Translations under genes and position numbers: made by a program
Origin: a virus
DNA: 47,303 nt
Strand: one strand, 5' to 3'
IMG/VR virus record: IMGVR_UViG_3300043425_000872
Location: 1-47,303 of that record
Notes under the pieces: model-generated
What the model saw: only the letters and a program-made list of their open reading frames with translations
Database searches by the model: none
Told to the model about the DNA's origin: nothing
In this document: positions 34,267 through 41,983 of the stretch, piece after piece
How positions within the stretch are numbered: the stretch's first letter is position 1
How the letters are laid out: the number at the start of each line of letters is the position of its first letter

Positions 34267-36185
34267 GGTACGGCTCGGTTTGCAGCGGCATCGAGGCCGC
34301 CACCGCCGCATGGCACCACATGGGCTGGGAGCCCGCGTTCTTCTCTGAAATCGAGAAGTTCCCGCGCGCCGTGTTGGAGCACCACTACCCTGAAGTGCCG
34401 CTGCACGGCGACTTCACAACCATTGAGCAGAACCAGTATGGAAAGATCGACCTCCTCGTCGGTGGAACGCCCTGCCAGTCCTTCAGCATTGCCGGACTGC
34501 GAGGCGGACTGGATGACGACCGTGGCAACCTCGCCCTTGAGTTTTGCCGACTTGCTCAGCGCGAGCAACCTCGCTGGATTGTCTGGGAAAATGTCCCCGG
34601 TGTCCTGTCATCGAGCGGAGGACGGGACTTTGGTTCCATCCTCGGGGCGCTGGAAGACCTCGGGTATGGCCTCGCCTACCGAGTGCTGGACGCTCAGTAC
34701 TTCGGAGTGGCCCAGCGACGCCGCCGTGTGTTTGTTGTCGGATATCTTGGAGACTGGCGACCTGCCGCAGCGGTTCTTTTTGAGCGCAGCAGCATGTCAG
34801 GGCATCCTGCGCCGAGCAGAGAAGCGCGGAAAGAAGCTGCCCGAGCGGCTGCAGGCGGCACTTACTCGTGTGGCGGCACCGGCGAGTACCGCAGCAGCAG
34901 CAGCAGCAGCCCCCTCCTGCGCACCGGAGCCGACTACGGACACGGAGGCGAAGTCCTCGTCGTGGGCGGAGGACGGGTCGGATCTTGTGTAGACGTAGCC
35001 CCGACGCTGAACGCCGGGGGCAACCGCACGGGCGGCGACAGACCCTACGGCACCTCAGTGGACACATGCGACAGTCTGTGTGTGGCGGTCGTGGGTGCTT
35101 TGGCCTGCAACACAGGCCCCAAGGGCCATGACGCGGGCAACTTTGCGTGCAACCAAGCGGCAGACGAGGGGCGCGTCGTGCCAGTGGTTATCAGCGAAGG
35201 CGTGGACTTGTACAACGGGTCGATAACCGACCAAGTGGCCGCCACCTTCAATGCGTCAAGCGGTGATGCCAACCACAGCGGGCCGAAGGTCATGCACACG
35301 GCTTCGTGCATCGCGTTTCCGGCAGAAATGAGCGCAACTCAAAGTGCCACCACCGAAGAACTGGCCCCAGCACTGTCGGTGAAGCACACGACTGCCGTGG
35401 CTTCGTGCCTCGCGTTCGACACCACGCAGATCAGCAGCCCGCACAACTACAGCAACCCCAAGCCGGGCGACCCGTGCCATCCGCTGGCTGCGGGCGCGCA
35501 TCCGCCCGCCGTCGTTTACGGCATGACCACAGAGCAGACACCGAAGTTCGCGGAGGACTTGGCCCTGACGCTGACGAAGCAGTCCCCAACTGGCGGCGGT
35601 CAGCCGCAGGCCGTGGCCTACTCCATCACGCCCATGAACAGCGGCAAGGACTACAAGGCGCGCGAGACGGACGTCGCGCAGCCGGTCATGGCGGCGGGGC
35701 CGGTGGGTGGCAATCAGGGTGGCGACTTCGTGCTGAGCCACGCCATCCAAGCCGGTGCGCTGCGCACGAACCCCAGCAGCGGCCCAAATGGCGTAGGGGT
35801 GCAGGCAGACCTCGCTTACACGCTGGAGGCCCGCAGCGAGGTGCAGGCCGTGGCGTTCCAGCCCCGCATTGGCCGCAATGGTCGCGGCTACAGCGAGACC
35901 GTTTTCCCCGCGCTGAACGGCGCGGATGCAGGTGCGACCAGTGACATGCGCCCGTGTGTGGCGAATGCCGCCACATCTGCCGTGCGCCGCCTGACGCCTG
36001 TGGAGTGCGAGCGCCTGCAGGGCTTCCCTGACGGCTTCACGGCAATACCGTGGGGCAAGAAGAGCGCTGACGAGTGCCCAGACGGGCCGCGCTACAAGGT
36101 GCTGGGAAACAGCATGGCCGTGCCGGTGATGCGCTGGATCGGCGAGCGCATCCAACTCGTCGATGACTTCGTTTCGTTGTTCTGA
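34263..36185 (+). CDS. DNA cytosine-5 methyltransferase with long modular variable region, 640 aa
   Basis: Start reassigned to GTG 34263; SVCSGIEA (I), GGTPCQ (IV), ENVPG (VI), QRRRRVF (VIII), RRLTPVECERLQGFP (IX), GNSMAVPV (X). Confidence 0.95.
   Translation: MRYGSVCSGIEAATAAWHHMGWEPAFFSEIEKFPRAVLEHHYPEVPLHGDFTTIEQNQYGKIDLLVGGTPCQSFSIAGLRGGLDDDRGNLALEFCRLAQREQPRWIVWENVPGVLSSSGGRDFGSILGALEDLGYGLAYRVLDAQYFGVAQRRRRVFVVGYLGDWRPAAAVLFERSSMSGHPAPSREARKEAARAAAGGTYSCGGTGEYRSSSSSSPLLRTGADYGHGGEVLVVGGGRVGSCVDVAPTLNAGGNRTGGDRPYGTSVDTCDSLCVAVVGALACNTGPKGHDAGNFACNQAADEGRVVPVVISEGVDLYNGSITDQVAATFNASSGDANHSGPKVMHTASCIAFPAEMSATQSATTEELAPALSVKHTTAVASCLAFDTTQISSPHNYSNPKPGDPCHPLAAGAHPPAVVYGMTTEQTPKFAEDLALTLTKQSPTGGGQPQAVAYSITPMNSGKDYKARETDVAQPVMAAGPVGGNQGGDFVLSHAIQAGALRTNPSSGPNGVGVQADLAYTLEARSEVQAVAFQPRIGRNGRGYSETVFPALNGADAGATSDMRPCVANAATSAVRRLTPVECERLQGFPDGFTAIPWGKKSADECPDGPRYKVLGNSMAVPVMRWIGERIQLVDDFVSLF
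34513..34992 (+). CDS. Nested +1-frame ORF, M.EcoHK31I beta-polypeptide-like, 159 aa
   Basis: GAGG 8 nt before ATG 34513; protein-like SEWPSDAAVCLLSDILE..FFLSAAACQGILRRAEKRGKKLP; host frame loses GC3 bias across the overlap. Confidence 0.6.
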   Translation: MTTVATSPLSFADLLSASNLAGLSGKMSPVSCHRAEDGTLVPSSGRWKTSGMASPTECWTLSTSEWPSDAAVCLLSDILETGDLPQRFFLSAAACQGILRRAEKRGKKLPERLQAALTRVAAPASTAAAAAAAPSCAPEPTTDTEAKSSSWAEDGSDLV

Positions 36186-36195
36186 GGGGACACAA

Positions 36196-38238
36196 GTGGC
36201 GGACGTGCAACCCATCTCACCCCAGCTCAGACGCGTGGAGGCCCCCTCGGCCTTGCGCGACCTGCAGGGCTGGCTCCTGTGGCGCTACGAGGATCAGGAG
36301 GGCACCGGCAAGCAGATCAAGGTGCCCTATTACGCCGACGGCGGTAAGCGCTACGGCGCCAACGGCAGTCCCAACGACCGGGCCAAGCTGGTCAAGTTCG
36401 CCGCCGCGCGCGACGCGGCCGCCAAGCGGGGCATGAGCGGCGTGGGGCTGGCCCTCATGCCCGAGTTCGGCATCACGGCCACGGACTTCGACTACTGCGT
36501 GGACGCGGACGGCAACGTGCCGGACGAGATCGCCCAGATCGCCGCGCGCACGTATGCCGAGTACAGCCCCAGCGGCGCGGGCGTGCGCGCCTTCAGCGTG
36601 GGCAGCTTCGGCAACAACAAGGCCCCCAAGACGGACGAGACGTACGGCTTCGAGACGTTCACGTCCTCGGGCTTCGTGACCTTCACGGGCCACGTGCTGC
36701 CGGTGTGCGAGTTGCTGGGCGAGGACGACACGGTCGCCGACAGCCCGGTCGTCAATGCCATCATCCAGCACCTGTGCGACACCCGCTTCGGTCCCCAGCG
36801 CCCAGCCGAGATCAGCGACGACTTCACCGCCGGGCACGAGAAGCCCCTCGGCCTGAGCCAGCCCCTCATGGAGCGCATCCTCGGCCACATCAGCCCGGAC
36901 ATCGGCCGTGACGAGTGGATCCGCGTAGGCATGGCCCTGCACCACGAGTGCGAGGGCGACGACACCGGCTTTGACCTGTGGGACACGTGGTCCGCAGACG
37001 GCGCCACCTACCCCGGCACGGAAGGCCTGCGGACCCAGTGGGACAGCTTCGACCGGCGCGTCGGGCGCGGCCACAAGCAGACGACCATGGCCAGCGTGAT
37101 CCAGATGGCCAAGAGGACCGGCTACGTCCACACGCGCCCCGATAACGCGAGCAGCCTCGAAGAGGTGATGGCCCGGGCCGAGGCCATCGCCGCTGCACCG
37201 CGTGCCGAGAGAGGCCGCTTTGGTCCGATACCGATCTACGACCTGTCCCTCCAGCCGCCGGGCGAGTGGCTGATCAAGGGCGTGGTGCCCGACGCGGAGC
37301 TGGTGGTGTTGTTCGGTGCCTCCGGCAGCGGCAAGACCTTCGTCGCCCTCGACATGGCCTTCGCCGTCGCGCAGGGGCTGCCGTGGCGCGGCCACCGGAC
37401 CAAGAAGGGCCGGGTGGTCATCATAGCCGCCGAGGGCGCTGGCGGCCTCACCAAGCGCGTCAGGGCCTACGCCAAGCACCACGACATCGACCTGCGGGAC
37501 GTGGCCATCGACGTGATCACCGCCGCGCCCAACTTTTTGCACGAGGAGGACATCGCCGAGGTGCTGGCCGAGATCAAGGCGCTGGGCGAAGTGGCCCTCG
37601 TCGTGGTCGACACCCTCGCGCAGGTCACGCCCGGGGCAAACGAGAACGGCGCGGAGGACATGGGCCGCGCGCTGGCCAACCTGCGCCTGATCCGCGAGAT
37701 GGCCGGGGCGACCGTCATGGCCGTCCACCACGCAGGCAAGGACGCCAGCAAGGGCTCGCGCGGCTGGTCCGGCATCAAGGCCGCAGCAGACGCCCAGATC
37801 GAGGTGATACGCCACGAGGACGGGCAGCGCGAGATCCACCTCGAGAAGATGAAGGACGGCGAGGACGGCCTGCGCTTCGGCTTCAGGCTGGAGATCGTCG
37901 AGCTGGGCGTGGACGCCGACGGCGACCTGCTCACGTCCTGCGTCGCCGTGGAGGCCGACCTGCCGGTGGCCAAGGCGGAGGACAAGCCCAGCCGGGGTGT
38001 CGTGCGCTACGGTGCCAACGAGCGCCACGTGCTGGAGGTGATCGAGAGCGAGTACGCCAGCGTGACCGACACGTCCGAGGCCCTGTTTGTAAAAAGATGC
38101 GCGGACCTGCTGCCCGCCCCGGATGCAGGCAAGCGCGACCAGCGCCTCTTCCTGATGCGCCGCGCCGTGCAGTCGTTGGTCAAGCGCAAGGACGGGCCGC
38201 TGGCTGTTGAGCATGGCCGTGTAATTTTTTGCACATAG
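36196..38238 (+). CDS. Primase-helicase (NrS-1-like prim-pol, PriCT-2, AAA_25)
   Basis: Start reassigned to GTG 36196; WLLWRY..KVPY, DFDYC, EYSPSG; DEWIRVGMALH; GASGSGKT, VVDTL, HHAGK. Confidence 0.92.
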   Translation: MADVQPISPQLRRVEAPSALRDLQGWLLWRYEDQEGTGKQIKVPYYADGGKRYGANGSPNDRAKLVKFAAARDAAAKRGMSGVGLALMPEFGITATDFDYCVDADGNVPDEIAQIAARTYAEYSPSGAGVRAFSVGSFGNNKAPKTDETYGFETFTSSGFVTFTGHVLPVCELLGEDDTVADSPVVNAIIQHLCDTRFGPQRPAEISDDFTAGHEKPLGLSQPLMERILGHISPDIGRDEWIRVGMALHHECEGDDTGFDLWDTWSADGATYPGTEGLRTQWDSFDRRVGRGHKQTTMASVIQMAKRTGYVHTRPDNASSLEEVMARAEAIAAAPRAERGRFGPIPIYDLSLQPPGEWLIKGVVPDAELVVLFGASGSGKTFVALDMAFAVAQGLPWRGHRTKKGRVVIIAAEGAGGLTKRVRAYAKHHDIDLRDVAIDVITAAPNFLHEEDIAEVLAEIKALGEVALVVVDTLAQVTPGANENGAEDMGRALANLRLIREMAGATVMAVHHAGKDASKGSRGWSGIKAAADAQIEVIRHEDGQREIHLEKMKDGEDGLRFGFRLEIVELGVDADGDLLTSCVAVEADLPVAKAEDKPSRGVVRYGANERHVLEVIESEYASVTDTSEALFVKRCADLLPAPDAGKRDQRLFLMRRAVQSLVKRKDGPLAVEHGRVIFCT

Positions 38239-38242
38239 GGGG

Positions 38243-38292
38243 TTGACGGGAAAAGCAGGCACTTTATATGGGGGTCATCAGCAACGAAGGAG
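38243..38292 (+). promoter_or_regulatory. Early promoter P4 with ATCAGCAACG leader
   Basis: TTGACG-N16-TATATG-N6-ATCAGCAACGAAGGAG. Confidence 0.82.
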
Positions 38293-38299
38293 TACCCCA

Positions 38300-38611
38300 A
38301 TGGCAACTGCACCCGTCACCGATTTCTCGTCCGCCATCGTTGATCGCCTCGGCGACATCAAGGCGCAGATCGCCGACCTCAAGAAGATCGAGGCCGACCT
38401 CGTGCAGCGCCTGATCGACAGCGAGCAGGACGCCATCGACGGCCGCGCCTACCGCGCCACCGTGTCGCAGGTGGCCGAGCGCCAGTCGCTCGACGCCAAG
38501 GCCGCCGAGACCAAGCTGCGCGCTCTGGGCGTGGACGGCCGCTGGTTCTCCAAGAACCAGAAGGTCGCCAAGGGCTACACGACCGTCAAGGTCGTGGCGC
38601 GGAAGGCCTGA
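38300..38611 (+). CDS. Hypothetical protein, 103 aa
   Basis: Start reassigned to ATG 38300; N-terminal coiled coil. Confidence 0.8.
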   Translation: MATAPVTDFSSAIVDRLGDIKAQIADLKKIEADLVQRLIDSEQDAIDGRAYRATVSQVAERQSLDAKAAETKLRALGVDGRWFSKNQKVAKGYTTVKVVARKA

Positions 38612-38614
38612 GCG

Positions 38615-38794
38615 ATGGGCTGCAACGTCCTCGCCGCCGAGTTCACCAAGGGAGGGGCGCGCAGCCCCTCCACGCTGGACCTGAACCGCATCATCGACGG
38701 CCACCGCACGCGGATGGTCAGCTTCAACGTCGCGACCAAGCGCGAGGCGCGCCAGATCGCGAAGCAGTACGGCGCCACGCCGTGGAACTTCTGA
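38615..38794 (+). CDS. Hypothetical protein, 59 aa
   Basis: Hand translation MGCNVLAAEFTKGGARS...KREARQIAKQYGATPWNF. Confidence 0.72.
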   Translation: MGCNVLAAEFTKGGARSPSTLDLNRIIDGHRTRMVSFNVATKREARQIAKQYGATPWNF

Positions 38795-38805
38795 GGAGCA
38801 CTGAC

Positions 38806-39078
38806 ATGGACCGTGACTACTGGCGCAGCGAGCCCACCAAGCGCCTCGTCGAGGAGGCGCGCAGCAAGGGCTGCGAGCTGTGCATCGCTCTGGGCGAGCG
38901 GCTGGAGGAGGCCGACGACGAACTCGAGACGGGTAAGAGCGAGCGTGAAGACCACGACATCGAACTCGACCGCGAGATCGGCAGGCTGCACGAGAAGCTC
39001 GAGGAGCTGGAGCTTATGCTCGGCCAGCGCGAAGACCGTATTGAAGATCTGGAAGCACAACTGAAAGGGACGAAATGA
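38806..39078 (+). CDS. Acidic coiled-coil protein, 90 aa
   Basis: Start reassigned to ATG 38806 (GAGGAG RBS). Confidence 0.75.
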   Translation: MDRDYWRSEPTKRLVEEARSKGCELCIALGERLEEADDELETGKSEREDHDIELDREIGRLHEKLEELELMLGQREDRIEDLEAQLKGTK

Positions 39079-39518
39079 TCAAGATCGAAGTGACCGGCGC
39101 CAGCATCGCCGAGGTGGCTGACAAGCTGCTCGCCATCGGTGCCAACCTGCGCGGCAGCGCCATCGTGGAGGGCGCACGCGCCGCCGTGAACGCCATGAAG
39201 GCGATGGACCCCGTCATGCCCGAACTGGGCGTCGCGTTCGTGCCGGAGGCCGCCAAGACGGCAGTCGCCCCGGAGCCCCATACCTCCGAAACCTCAGCGC
39301 CTACGCCCGACACGTCGAGCAGCTCCGCCGCCGAGCCGACCGAGCAGCCTTCGCCGATCAGCGCCGAGGCCCTGCGTGACCTCGTCCTGCGCGTGGTCAA
39401 GGTCAAGGGCCGTGATGCCATGGTGGCCGTGCTGGACACCTTCGGCGCCGCCAAGGCCACGGACGTGCCTGCCGCGCAGGTGCCCGAGCTGGTGACCGCG
39501 CTGGAGGCGCTGCTCTGA
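39075..39518 (+). CDS. APSE-like replication-module protein
   Basis: MIKIEVTG N-terminus, flexible linker, helical C-terminus; precedes DUF2800. Confidence 0.75.
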   Translation: MIKIEVTGASIAEVADKLLAIGANLRGSAIVEGARAAVNAMKAMDPVMPELGVAFVPEAAKTAVAPEPHTSETSAPTPDTSSSSAAEPTEQPSPISAEALRDLVLRVVKVKGRDAMVAVLDTFGAAKATDVPAAQVPELVTALEALL

Positions 39519-40753
39519 TGGCAGCACACGCAAAGCTCAGCCCTTCGGGGGCGCATCGCTGGATGCGCTGCGCGGGTAGCGTCATCCTTGAGGCGGAGTA
39601 CGCCGACGGTGGCAGCGCCTTCGCCGCCGAGGGCACCTGCGCCCACGAGCTGGCGGCAGCCGTCCTGACGGATCCCGAGTTCGTCATCCCCGTCGGTGAG
39701 ACCAAGACCGTGGACGGATACCCGATCAAGGTGACGCAGGACATGGCGGACCACGTCATGGACTACTGCAAGCTGGTCTGGGAGAGCGCGGAGCGGGCGA
39801 AGCTGCTGGTCGAGCAGTCCGTGCCCATCGGCCACCTGACCGGCGAGGACGGCGCGACAGGCACGAGCGACGCCATCATCATCGACTACGATCAGGAGGC
39901 CATCGAGGTCATCGACCTGAAGTACGGCGCGGGCGTGAAGGTCTACGCCGAGGACAACGAGCAGATGCAGATGTACGCCCTCGGGGCGCTGCACGAGCAC
40001 AGCCTGATCTCGGACTTTTCGTGGGTCACCATGATGATCCACCAGCCGCGCATGTACCACGTGGCGGAGTGGACGATCTCGACGGCGCAGCTTGAGGCGT
40101 TTGGTGAGGAGGTTAGTGAAGCGGCCCGCACCGTCGAGGACGCGGCCACCGCCGCATTGCTGTGCAACGTTGACACCGACGAGGGTTGGATCGGCGCGTA
40201 CCTCAACCCCGGCGAGAAGCAGTGCCGCTTCTGCAAGGCCAAGGCCACGTGCCCGGCCCTGCGCGAGGAGGTGATGGCCATCGCGGGCCCGGCCACGGCG
40301 CATGACTTCGCCGCGTTCATCCCTGACGCGCCCAACGCCGAGACAGGGGACAACTACCTGTCCATGGCCATGACCAAGGTTGATATGGTCGAGGCGTGGT
40401 GCAAGGCTGTGCGCGCAGAGACCGAGCGCCGCCTTCTGGCGGGCGAGACGGTGGACGGCTGGAAGCTGGTCGAGGGGCGCAAGGGCAACCGCGCGTGGGC
40501 CGACGAGGACGCCGCAGAGGAGATGTTCAAGAAGTCGTTCCGCCTGCGCGACGACGAGATGTACACCAAGAAACTGATCAGCCCGACGGCAGCCGAGAAG
40601 CTGCTGAAGGACACCCCCAAGCGCTTGAAGCGGGCCATGGACCTGACGACACGCGCGGAGGGCAAGCCATCCGTGGCTCCGGCCACTGATCTGCGGCCTG
40701 CACTGGCCGTCGCTAACCTTGCGGAAGAGTTCCGCATGACACTGGAGAACTGA
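39518..40753 (+). CDS. DUF2800 (Cas4-like PD-(D/E)XK) nuclease
   Basis: HAKLSPSGAHRWMRC, EGTCAHE, GTSDAII, IDLKYG, QMYALG, CRFCKAKATC. Confidence 0.9.
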   Translation: MAAHAKLSPSGAHRWMRCAGSVILEAEYADGGSAFAAEGTCAHELAAAVLTDPEFVIPVGETKTVDGYPIKVTQDMADHVMDYCKLVWESAERAKLLVEQSVPIGHLTGEDGATGTSDAIIIDYDQEAIEVIDLKYGAGVKVYAEDNEQMQMYALGALHEHSLISDFSWVTMMIHQPRMYHVAEWTISTAQLEAFGEEVSEAARTVEDAATAALLCNVDTDEGWIGAYLNPGEKQCRFCKAKATCPALREEVMAIAGPATAHDFAAFIPDAPNAETGDNYLSMAMTKVDMVEAWCKAVRAETERRLLAGETVDGWKLVEGRKGNRAWADEDAAEEMFKKSFRLRDDEMYTKKLISPTAAEKLLKDTPKRLKRAMDLTTRAEGKPSVAPATDLRPALAVANLAEEFRMTLEN

Positions 40754-40756
40754 ATT

Positions 40757-41374
40757 ATGGCAACTGAGACCCGGCGAGCAGTCACCCTGATGCTCAAGAA
40801 CAAGCGCCTCGGCTTCACCGATCTGGCCGAGCCCCGTTCGGTCAACGGCGGCAAGCCCGCCTACGGCGCGCGCGTCATCATCGACCCGACTGACCCTGAC
40901 GTGGCGCTGATCGACGCGGCCATCCGCGAAGTCGCCACCACGCAGTGGAAGGACAAGGCCGCCAACGTGCTGGAGATGCTGACCGAGAAGGGCCGCGTGG
41001 CCTTCCTCAAGAAGGACTACCGCAACACGAAGGGCGAGGTCCACAAGGGCTTCGAAGGCAAGTACAGCCTCGGCGTCAGCGCCCCGGCGGACAAGCAGCC
41101 CGGCTGCTTCGACAACGTGCCTGACGACGAAGGCAAGCCCGCCAAGCTCGACGAGGCGGGCATCCGCCGCAAGCTGTACAGCGGCTGCTACGCCAACGTG
41201 AAGGTGGAGATCTATCCCCTCCTGCGCGACGACGGCAACCGCATCGCCTGCGCAGTCCTCGGCGTGATGTTCGCGGGCCACGGCGAGGCCTTCGGCGGCG
41301 GCTCGGCTCCGGCCACGGCAGACGACTTCGCGGGCATGGCGCAGGCCGTGGCCGACGCAGAGGATCTGTTCTGA
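40757..41374 (+). CDS. DUF2815 single-stranded DNA-binding protein
   Basis: [31 protein letters not shown], acidic DLF tail. Confidence 0.85.
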   Translation: MATETRRAVTLMLKNKRLGFTDLAEPRSVNGGKPAYGARVIIDPTDPDVALIDAAIREVATTQWKDKAANVLEMLTEKGRVAFLKKDYRNTKGEVHKGFEGKYSLGVSAPADKQPGCFDNVPDDEGKPAKLDEAGIRRKLYSGCYANVKVEIYPLLRDDGNRIACAVLGVMFAGHGEAFGGGSAPATADDFAGMAQAVADAEDLF

Positions 41375-41631
41375 TGGCGGGGCTTGGGCACAACGGAGAC
41401 GCGGATGACCGTCTCCGGCTCCTGATCGAGCGCATTGAGCGCCTCGAGGAGGAGAAGAAGGCCATCGGAGACGACATCAAGGACGTGTACCTTGAGGCGC
41501 GCTCTGTCGGCTACGACGCCAAGATCATGCGCCAGATCGTGCGTCTCAGGAAGATGAAGCCTGACGACCGCCACGAGATGGAGGCGATCCTCGACACATA
41601 CAAGAGGGCCCTTGGCCTCGACCTCGTGTAG
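41374..41631 (+). CDS. gapR: GapR/DUF2312 nucleoid-associated protein homolog
   Basis: [49 protein letters not shown]. Confidence 0.92.
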   Translation: MAGLGHNGDADDRLRLLIERIERLEEEKKAIGDDIKDVYLEARSVGYDAKIMRQIVRLRKMKPDDRHEMEAILDTYKRALGLDLV

Positions 41632-41640
41632 GGCTATACA

Positions 41641-41759
41641 GGGGGTGCGGGCGGCAGATGGAAGCTGCCCCCGCACCCTCCTTTCAGGCGGGCCGTGTCG
41701 CACGTGGGGTCTCTCCGCGTTGCTGATAACTTTGCGGCACGGCCCACCTGAGAGGAGGG
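41641..41759 (+). ncRNA. Two overlapping RNA hairpins; second stem buries the downstream RBS and its loop is antisense to the early leader
   Basis: Hairpin 41641-41680; 27-bp stem 41676-41702/41733-41759; loop contains CGTTGCTGAT at 41718-41727. Confidence 0.6.
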
Positions 41760-41764
41760 ACATC

Positions 41765-41983
41765 ATGAAACGCAAAGACACTGAGCAGGCCCTACGGGCC
41801 GAGCTGTCGCGCTACTCCAACATCACCTACACGATAGAGCCCGGGTCGAAGCACCCGCGCGTCGTGCTCCGCTGCGGCGACAAGATCCGCAAGCTGCACT
41901 ACAGCTCGACGCCCGTGGAGCGCCGCGCCGTGCTCAACATGGTCACGGACCTACGCCGCTGCGTACGCGAGGTGTTGTCGTGA
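41765..41983 (+). CDS. HicA-like (dsRBD-fold) protein, 72 aa
   Basis: Start reassigned to ATG 41765 (GGAGG RBS); YTIEPGSKHPRVVL..SSTP..RAVLN..DLRR. Confidence 0.65.
   Translation: MKRKDTEQALRAELSRYSNITYTIEPGSKHPRVVLRCGDKIRKLHYSSTPVERRAVLNMVTDLRRCVREVLS

Noticed and set aside
39518-40753. cas4 of a CRISPR system
   Set aside because: DUF2800 is a Cas4-like nuclease standard in APSE-type replication modules; no array or other cas genes
36217-41281. Long minus-strand ORFs (681 aa, 755 aa) over the replication genes
   Set aside because: Antisense shadows of primase-helicase, DUF2800 and SSB with no recognisable motifs
41212-41781. Minus-strand gene served by the reversed leader (GGAGAG then GTG at 41703)
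   Set aside because: No TTGAC/-10 upstream on that strand and the product would be antisense to gapR and SSB; kept only as an alternative reading of the RNA element
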